From: Sulfurihydrogenibium sp.
Lineage (GTDB): Bacteria; Aquificota; Aquificia; Aquificales; Hydrogenothermaceae
Assembly (NCBI GenBank): GCA_037442825.1
Contig: JBBIPN010000031.1
Coordinates: forward strand, 1 to 14,557
Length of the DNA stretch: 14,557 bases
Direction of reading: 5' to 3'
Part shown: piece after piece, positions 8,708 to 14,557 of the stretch
Position numbering within the stretch: the stretch's first letter is position 1
Layout: the number at the start of each line of letters is the position of its first letter
Made by a program: the position numbers and the translations under genes
The notes under the pieces: generated by a model
The model's database searches: none
What the model saw: the letters and a program-made list of their open reading frames with translations, nothing else
What the model was told of the DNA's origin: nothing

Positions 8708-10364
8708 TTAATATACAAACCTCCGTTTTATACTCAGGAACAATTATAGTAAAAGTAGTACCTTTTCCTTCTTCAGATTCTATTTCAAGGAAACCTCCTA
8801 AAACGTGGAGTATTTTTAAAACTATTGATAATCCAAGTCCTGTACCGTTTTCTTTATTTGTATAAAAAGGTTCAAAAATTTTATCAATGTCATCTTTTTT
8901 AATTCCTATACCTGTATCTTCTACTTTAAAATAGATTTTATCTCCTTTTTTTCTTACTTCTAACCTAATTATTCCCTTTTCTAATATTGCCTCTATACTA
9001 TTTGTTAAAAGATTCGTAATAATTAATTCCGTATGATCTTCAGGAAGAATTGCATAACTATCTTCCACATCAATTATAATATCAATATCCTTTTCAGGAT
9101 GTATATATCTTGTAATATTTTTTAAACATTTATTTATAAAATCTTTTAGATTAACAGTAGTATATGATGGGTTAGAAACCTTTACAAAATTTAAAAAGAT
9201 ATTTGATATTCTGTCAATCTTACAAACAGAATCTAAAATAACTTTAATATCTTCTTTTTGAATATTGTTAATATCTGAAAGTAGTCTAATAGGTAATATT
9301 GCATTTTTTACTTCATGAGCAAATGATGCGCTCATTTCTCCCATTTTAGATAAAACTTCCATCCTTCTTAGCATATCTTCAACTTTCTTTTTGTCTGTCA
9401 GATCAAAAATACTTACTACCTCAAATTTTTCACTTTTTACTTTTTCTATGTAAATATCAAAATTCCCTCTTTTTCCCTTAAATATAGCTTCCTTAGGAAT
9501 ATTTTTAAAATCTATAAAATCGTATAAATTTAAGTTTTCTAATTCTTCTTGTGTATAACCAAACTTTTCAATACTCTTATTAATCCATTCTATCTTTCCA
9601 TCAAAATCTGTTATTACAATAATTTCTCTAGTTGAATCTAATATATCCCTATAAAAATCATGAACATTTTTTAATTTTTCATATAGTCTTTTAACATCTT
9701 GAATGGTTTTATAAACAAATTGAGCAAAATCATAAATTTCATCTTTCTCAAGAAAATCTAATTTCTTTACTTCATCAAAATTACCTACTGATATCTTGTT
9801 CATCTCTTTTTTTATATCTTCCATTCTTTTTTTGATACGCTGCGCTATTAAAAAACCCAAAGTAGAACTAATAAATCCAGTAGACATAATAAAGATAAAA
9901 ATTATAACTGATGCATTTTTAAGTTCTTTTTCTAATATTTTTGGTTCTGTCTTTACTACAAGGTTGTATATATTGTTGCCATCATTACTTATACTATAAA
10001 ATTTATCATATTTATCGCGATATACATTTCCAATAGTATATTTCAATGGATTAGAACATACGATAACTTTACCATCTTTATCTAAAAAACATACTTCCTT
10101 TATATATGGATTTTCCAAAAGTCCTAAAGTAAATTTAAAAAGTCCCCAATAATCTTTATAAAGTAATTTTTGCTCAAAATCTAATCTTGAACTTTCAATA
10201 GTATTTGTAATTGTATCTTCATAATGTTTTAGCAAAGATTCTCTATAATGAGTAAATAGAAAGTAAGAAACTGGTAATAAACATATTAGAATAATTAAAA
10301 AAAAGCTAATTGAAAGTTTTGTCCCTATACTTAAAGACGTTATTTTATCTCTTACTTTTTTCAT
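8697..10364 (-). CDS. aioS: Membrane sensor histidine kinase (TM-periplasmic-TM-HAMP-PAS-HisKA-HATPase), AioS-like
   Basis: Two hydrophobic helices (about aa 17-38 and 153-174), H-box FAHEVKN, N-box NLLTNS, G1 DTGIGI, F-box FEPFYT and G2 GTGLGL. ATGA overlap with the aioX stop and 11-bp overlap with the aioR start. Confidence 0.82.
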   Translation of the reverse strand: MKKVRDKITSLSIGTKLSISFFLIILICLLPVSYFLFTHYRESLLKHYEDTITNTIESSRLDFEQKLLYKDYWGLFKFTLGLLENPYIKEVCFLDKDGKVIVCSNPLKYTIGNVYRDKYDKFYSISNDGNNIYNLVVKTEPKILEKELKNASVIIFIFIMSTGFISSTLGFLIAQRIKKRMEDIKKEMNKISVGNFDEVKKLDFLEKDEIYDFAQFVYKTIQDVKRLYEKLKNVHDFYRDILDSTREIIVITDFDGKIEWINKSIEKFGYTQEELENLNLYDFIDFKNIPKEAIFKGKRGNFDIYIEKVKSEKFEVVSIFDLTDKKKVEDMLRRMEVLSKMGEMSASFAHEVKNAILPIRLLSDINNIQKEDIKVILDSVCKIDRISNIFLNFVKVSNPSYTTVNLKDFINKCLKNITRYIHPEKDIDIIIDVEDSYAILPEDHTELIITNLLTNSIEAILEKGIIRLEVRKKGDKIYFKVEDTGIGIKKDDIDKIFEPFYTNKENGTGLGLSIVLKILHVLGGFLEIESEEGKGTTFTIIVPEYKTEVCILNEK

Positions 10365-11194
10365 CTTAAGTATTTGATCATTTTAAGTATTACATTGTAA
10401 TCTTCATCTTTTAAAGTATTAAAGCCATCTATTCCTAATTTTTGTAAAATTTCTTTTCCTCTTTTGTCATACTTCATATTTAAAAGCGTTTTTCTAATAG
10501 AAATTTTTACCTCATAAGGTATATTTTTTCTAATAACTATTGGTGTAGTAGGATACGGGCCAAATACATCAACAATTTTAATATGTGAAATAATTTCAGG
10601 TTTTGATTTTTCTACTTGATGGTAAACTATACTATCAACACTAGCACCTTCCACAAGACCATAGTAAACAGCATAAATAGATTCTACATGAGAATATGTA
10701 TATACTATAGGCTTAAAGAAGTTTCTGAAGTTATAACCTTTTTTCTTTATTACATAAGAAGGTACTATTGAACCAGAGTTTGAGTCTGGATCAGAGAAAG
10801 CATAAGGTTTGTTATGAAAATCAAATATAGATTTATATTTTTTTTCTTTCTTTGTAATCACATAGGAATAGTAGACGGGTTTACCATTTACTGTTGGAGC
10901 AACAGATAGTTCTACACCTAAAAACTCTCTTTCTTTCACGTAAGGAGCTCCACAAATAAATCCCATATCTATAAAACCTCTACTTAACATATAGTTCATT
11001 TCACTATAACTTTTTAAATAAAATGGGGCAAACTTATAACCAGTTTTTTTTGATAGATAATCTAAGAAAATTTTTATTACTGCTGAATCTTTCTGATTGA
11101 TTACTGCTGTAAAACCAAACTTGATTGTTTCTTGAGAAAAAGAACTTTTTAAATTTACAAATATTAAGAGTATCAAAGATAAATAAAAATACAT
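10361..11194 (-). CDS. aioX: Periplasmic arsenic-oxyanion-binding protein (PhnD-like fold), AioX/ArxX/ArrX family
   Basis: N-terminal hydrophobic signal. Motifs SYSE (Y63), FICGAPYV (C81), YYSY, FSDPDSNSG, YSH and GASVD. The Tyr-to-Cys spacing of 18 equals the Y88/C106 spacing I recall for Rhizobium NT-26 AioX. No ABC permease or ATPase is adjacent; it is coupled to a kinase instead. Confidence 0.88.
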   Translation of the reverse strand: MYFYLSLILLIFVNLKSSFSQETIKFGFTAVINQKDSAVIKIFLDYLSKKTGYKFAPFYLKSYSEMNYMLSRGFIDMGFICGAPYVKEREFLGVELSVAPTVNGKPVYYSYVITKKEKKYKSIFDFHNKPYAFSDPDSNSGSIVPSYVIKKKGYNFRNFFKPIVYTYSHVESIYAVYYGLVEGASVDSIVYHQVEKSKPEIISHIKIVDVFGPYPTTPIVIRKNIPYEVKISIRKTLLNMKYDKRGKEILQKLGIDGFNTLKDEDYNVILKMIKYLR

Positions 11195-11228
11195 TTTTCC
11201 TCAAAATAAAAAAATTTAAATCTTAATT

Positions 11229-11256
11229 AATATATATCTAAAAAGTTCCCTAGCAA
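11229..11256 (-). promoter_or_regulatory. Candidate sigma70-like promoter for aioXSR
   Basis: TTGCTA (11256-11251), 16-nt spacer, TATATT (11234-11229), lying between the aioA terminator and the GAGG RBS of aioX. Weak evidence in AT-rich DNA. Confidence 0.35.
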
Positions 11257-11261
11257 GATTC

Positions 11262-11291
11262 AAAAATAAAAAAGGGGGAATAACTCCCCCT
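11262..11291 (-). terminator. Intrinsic terminator after aioA
   Basis: Minus strand reads AGGGGGA-GTTAT-TCCCCCT followed by TTTTTATTTTT, starting 10 nt after the aioA stop. Confidence 0.85.
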
Positions 11292-11301
11292 CATTAGAAA
11301 A

Positions 11302-13914
11302 TTAGTCTTTAAAGTCGTTATTTGGTAAGAATGATGTGTATCTAAATAATTCTTTATTACTCTTTAATTTTCTGATAGCTACTCTTGAAGCCTTATACCA
11401 AGGTATAGTTGTTTTTGGATCTGTATAGTTTGTAGTTAAGTGGTTGAGGGATTCATAGAACCTATACATAATTCCAAAAACTGTTCCTGGTGGTGGAGCG
11501 TCGTTTACATAAACTACACAAACTGCATTTCCTTCCATATTGTAAATTTCTACTAAATCTCCACTCTCTAGACCTAGTCTTTTAGCATCTTCTGGATTTA
11601 CCTCTATATAAGGGAATGGTACTGTTAATACCTTCTCTGGAATATTTCTATCGTGGTATCCTGTTTGCCATACATGTTGGTTTCTACCATTTGTAAACCA
11701 GAATGGATACTTTTCTTTATTTCCACCTTTTAAATATTTAACTATTTGTGGTGGATAGAATTTTGTAGGATCTGGTTCCCAAGGATCTGTTCCATACCAT
11801 TTAAACTTACCATCTGGTGTTCCAAATCTATGAACATATCTTCTAACAGTTCCTACCAACTCTCCAGTTTTTGGATCTACCCTTACTGGAGTTTGAATAC
11901 CTTTTTGACCAACTTTTCTTAAGTATTCGTATGTTACACCTTTATAACACTCTGCTGGAAGTATTGCCTCATCAGCTTCAGAGAGTCTATTATCAGGAAA
12001 ATCTGATGCACCATCTAAGAATACATCTTCGTCTTTTTCCCAATCATAACCACTAAAGTATTTAGCTTCTTCATGATTTCCTTCAGCTTCATAAAGTTGT
12101 TTCATTCTTTTAGCAATTTGAGCATATATCCACCAGTCTGGTTTTGCTACACCAGGTGGATCCATAACTTTCTCGGATATTCTTAGTAATCTTGAGTTAC
12201 AGTTTATTGATGTTGTAGTTTTTTCAAGCCATCCAGCTGCAGGTAATACTAAATGTGCATCTTTTCCAGTTTCTGTCATATATATGTTAATTGATATTAA
12301 GAAAAGTCCATCTGTTTTTGACAATCCTTCAAGAATTCTTTTAGCTCTTTCTTCTGAACCTGAAGGTTCCCCTGATGTAGCGAGTGAGAGATAGTCAGTT
12401 AAAGCTTTAGTTCTTCTACCTACTTTCTTTTTGAAATCTTGAGAATTTGGAGTAGAAAGATATGGATCACAACCTGAAACTATGAAAACTTTTGCATTTA
12501 GGTTGTGTTTTACATAATCATCTATGTTTGGAGGTGGTCCACCTGCATATATAGAACCTACAAGATTAGCTCTTGATTTACCATGTGGTCTAACATAACC
12601 TTCTTGGTGTCCTCCCTGTCTTCCACAACCAGTACCTGGTTTACCATAGTTTCCAGATATAGCTGCAAGTTGAGCGATTGCTGCAATTGTATCGTAGTTT
12701 TTATATCCCCAAATTACACCTTTTTCGTAGATTATTAATGTTCTTCTTCTATGTCCTCCAGATTTAGGTTTTGATATCCATTCTGCAGCTTTTTCTATAT
12801 CTTTAACAGGTACCCCAGTGAGTTTTTCTACTCTTTTCATAAATTCATCATAAGATACGTCTAACATAAGAGATTTTTTCTTATAATCTTCAAATGTTTT
12901 TAAATCTGTTCTATTTTTAATTAGATGTTCATCATGCCATCTTTTTTCATATATAACTCTTGAAATTGCATTTGCTAATACATAATCTGTTCCTGGGTTT
13001 AGTTGTAAATGGAGAACTCTACTACTATCTATACTTTCTGCTACTTTATAAGATGCTGTTTTTCTTATATCAACAACAACCATTCTTGCTGGTTCAATAG
13101 GTTCTCCTTTTGCATACACTTTTCTTTTATCTTCTTCTGTTGCACCTTGGAAGTTTGGAAGCATATGTTGAGTATAAAATACAGATGCTGTTTCAAAACT
13201 GTTTGCACCCCAAAGAACTATAGTATCAGCAAGTCTAGCATCTTCCCACATATAGTTTAATTCATGTGTACCTCTTTCCCTTTGACCCCAAACTTCTGAG
13301 TTATAAGCTGGTCTGTTATGTATAGACAGCATTCTTGTTGCTAAAGATATAAAATAGAACTTTCCAACAGCCCAGTTATCTTCAAAACCTGCTCCGGAGC
13401 CACCGTGGTCATGTGTTTTCATTGCAATAGAATCGTTACCAAAATTATCTCTAACTCCTTTTAAAACTCTTGCAACTATATCTATAGCCTCTTCCCAGCT
13501 AATAGGTTGAAACTGACCACCAACTTTAAGGAGAGGATAAGTTAATCTTTCTTTTGTTGGACGTGTTGGTGAATAAGTTGTAATTGCGTTTGTACCACCT
13601 CTTGCAGAATAGTTACCTTGGTTTATAGGTGATTGAGGAGAAGGAACTACCAATAGGTTATATCTTTGACCATCATGATCAACGATTGTAGTATGCATTG
13701 TTTCAGTAAAAGCTTGTCCTTGAAGTGCAATTTGCTGTTTACTAAAATCTATACCTAACGCATTTTCGTTAGGTGCTAATCCGCCTTCTTTACCTACAGG
13801 CCATTTGTATACATCATAACCACATCCTACGTTACAGTACTGACAAAATGTAATTGTTTTTTGGGCATCTTTTGGTGGGATAGGTAATTTGTCTCTTCTT
13901 GCAAAAACAGCCAT
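11302..13914 (-). CDS. aioA: Arsenite oxidase large subunit (Mo-bisPGD, [3Fe-4S]; DMSO reductase family)
   Basis: N-terminal RDKLPIPP, [3Fe-4S] motif C24-X2-C27-X3-C31...S103 (CQYCNVGC...SARGG), DHGG, arsenite-site motif HNRPAYNSE, GGHQEGY, NGR..WQT.YH and C-terminal PWYK. No signal peptide of its own. AGGAGGT RBS at 13923-13929. Confidence 0.97.
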   Translation of the reverse strand: MAVFARRDKLPIPPKDAQKTITFCQYCNVGCGYDVYKWPVGKEGGLAPNENALGIDFSKQQIALQGQAFTETMHTTIVDHDGQRYNLLVVPSPQSPINQGNYSARGGTNAITTYSPTRPTKERLTYPLLKVGGQFQPISWEEAIDIVARVLKGVRDNFGNDSIAMKTHDHGGSGAGFEDNWAVGKFYFISLATRMLSIHNRPAYNSEVWGQRERGTHELNYMWEDARLADTIVLWGANSFETASVFYTQHMLPNFQGATEEDKRKVYAKGEPIEPARMVVVDIRKTASYKVAESIDSSRVLHLQLNPGTDYVLANAISRVIYEKRWHDEHLIKNRTDLKTFEDYKKKSLMLDVSYDEFMKRVEKLTGVPVKDIEKAAEWISKPKSGGHRRRTLIIYEKGVIWGYKNYDTIAAIAQLAAISGNYGKPGTGCGRQGGHQEGYVRPHGKSRANLVGSIYAGGPPPNIDDYVKHNLNAKVFIVSGCDPYLSTPNSQDFKKKVGRRTKALTDYLSLATSGEPSGSEERAKRILEGLSKTDGLFLISINIYMTETGKDAHLVLPAAGWLEKTTTSINCNSRLLRISEKVMDPPGVAKPDWWIYAQIAKRMKQLYEAEGNHEEAKYFSGYDWEKDEDVFLDGASDFPDNRLSEADEAILPAECYKGVTYEYLRKVGQKGIQTPVRVDPKTGELVGTVRRYVHRFGTPDGKFKWYGTDPWEPDPTKFYPPQIVKYLKGGNKEKYPFWFTNGRNQHVWQTGYHDRNIPEKVLTVPFPYIEVNPEDAKRLGLESGDLVEIYNMEGNAVCVVYVNDAPPPGTVFGIMYRFYESLNHLTTNYTDPKTTIPWYKASRVAIRKLKSNKELFRYTSFLPNNDFKD

Positions 13915-13940
13915 GAATCAATACCTCCTATAAATTATTT

Positions 13941-14435
13941 TTAACTTCTTGGTATTAAATTAATTGCTCTTCCCCAAATAAGTCCTTCTACACCTGCAGC
14001 ATAAATATTACCTTGAGAATCTACAGAAAGTGTGATTTGTGGTAACCATTGGGAAGCATGTCCTTGGTAAACTTGACCATTTTTTGCTGGATCAAACATA
14101 GAGTAATGACATTTACAAATCAATCTTCCTTTTGAATAGTTCACAGGACAGCCTTGGTGAGTACAATGTGCAGAAAATGCAACAATGTCCTTTTTAGGAC
14201 CTATACCACCTATCGCAGGTTTTCCAAGTTTAACCAAGATAGCTATAGATTCACTATCTGGATAGTTAAATGTGATTGGTGAATGGTCTTTAAGTTCTTT
14301 GATGTTTGCGATCTTAGCTCTTTTGTATGGTAGAGAAGGAGCTTCAAATGCCTTTGCAAACTTATACCCAGAAGCCCAAAATCCAGCAACAGCTGTACCT
14401 GCTAAAAAACCTCTCCTTGTTAAACTTAATCTCAT
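13941..14435 (-). CDS. aioB: Arsenite oxidase small Rieske [2Fe-2S] subunit with Tat signal
   Basis: Twin-arginine LTRRGFL, FNYPD, GGIGP..DIVAFS, Rieske motifs CTHQGC and CKCHYS.FD, and C-terminal GLIWGR. Lies directly upstream of aioA. AGGAGGTG RBS at 14441-14448. Confidence 0.97.
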   Translation of the reverse strand: MRLSLTRRGFLAGTAVAGFWASGYKFAKAFEAPSLPYKRAKIANIKELKDHSPITFNYPDSESIAILVKLGKPAIGGIGPKKDIVAFSAHCTHQGCPVNYSKGRLICKCHYSMFDPAKNGQVYQGHASQWLPQITLSVDSQGNIYAAGVEGLIWGRAINLIPRS

Positions 14436-14458
14436 ATTTACACCTCCTGTATTTTTTC

Positions 14459-14506
14459 AAAAAAAGCCAACTGCCCCTTTTTTAATACGATAAGGAAAGC
14501 AGTTGG
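14459..14506 (-). terminator. Terminator-like hairpin plus U7 in the aioB leader (possible attenuator)
   Basis: Minus strand reads CCAACUGCUUU...GGGGCAGUUGG (8 Watson-Crick pairs + 3 G-U pairs), then C and U7. It ends 10 nt before the aioB RBS. Confidence 0.6.
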
Positions 14507-14519
14507 ATTGGCAGCAGCA

Positions 14520-14548
14520 ATCTTAAAACTCTAATTGTAATCTTGCAA
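14520..14548 (-). promoter_or_regulatory. Candidate sigma70-type promoter for aioBA
   Basis: -35 TTGCAA (14548-14543), exact 17-nt spacer, -10 TAAGAT (14525-14520). The predicted start is near 14512-14514, just 5' of the leader hairpin. Confidence 0.5.
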
Positions 14549-14557
14549 ATATTTCAT

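Noticed and set aside
10361..11194. Phosphonate ABC transporter binding protein PhnD
   Set aside because: No permease or ATPase genes are nearby. It has the AioX-type ICG.P cysteine and overlaps a kinase gene beside aioBA.
11302..13914. Large subunit as ArxA/ArrA, iodate reductase IdrA, or nitrate/formate oxidoreductase
   Set aside because: The [3Fe-4S] C-X2-C-X3-C..S motif, HNRPAYNSE, an upstream Tat-bearing Rieske gene (B-A order) and the absence of adjacent peroxidase genes all fit AioA.
1173..14493. Short ORFs in the track (1173-1361, 3013-3255, 3321-3524, 4772-5008, 4905-5087, 6174-6359, 7347-7580, 9796-9999, 11871-12056, 13009-13260, 14272-14493)
   Set aside because: All lie antisense to well-supported genes and show no recognisable motifs; they are shadow ORFs.
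14436..14557. Moco/Wco riboswitch upstream of the molybdoenzyme operon
   Set aside because: I could not find its multi-stem architecture or conserved motifs in the visible 122 nt; only a single hairpin is evident. An Rfam scan would be decisive.
1..14557. CRISPR array, tRNA/rRNA, IS/transposase, integrase or prophage
   Set aside because: The window is almost fully coding, with intergenic gaps of about 120 bp or less. I saw no periodic repeats or mobile-element ORFs.

Overview
AT-rich bacterial chromosome segment, most likely from a thermophilic Aquificota (Hydrogenothermaceae/Sulfurihydrogenibium-like). That assignment is inferred from the split LeuRS and split CarB genes and an Aquifex-type D-lactate dehydrogenase. 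The left half (1-7286) is housekeeping: 3' end of a Trm112/YcaR gene, cdsA, mqnC, ldhA-like, mtnC, leuS alpha subunit and the N-terminal half of carB. The right half (7355-14557, minus strand) is an arsenite-oxidation locus: aioB-aioA, an intrinsic terminator, then a translationally coupled aioX-aioS-aioR-like three-component sensor system. The notable points are: (i) a Thermus/Aquificae-type AioBA paired with an AioXSR-type regulator placed downstream in the same orientation; (ii) a sigma70-like promoter followed by a terminator-like hairpin plus U7 just before the aioB RBS, suggesting attenuation, with no sigma54 site in the visible sequence; (iii) an AioR with a GSFSGA loop variant and a CxxC in the AAA+/HTH linker. 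No database searches or folding programs were run; all calls come from motif reading.
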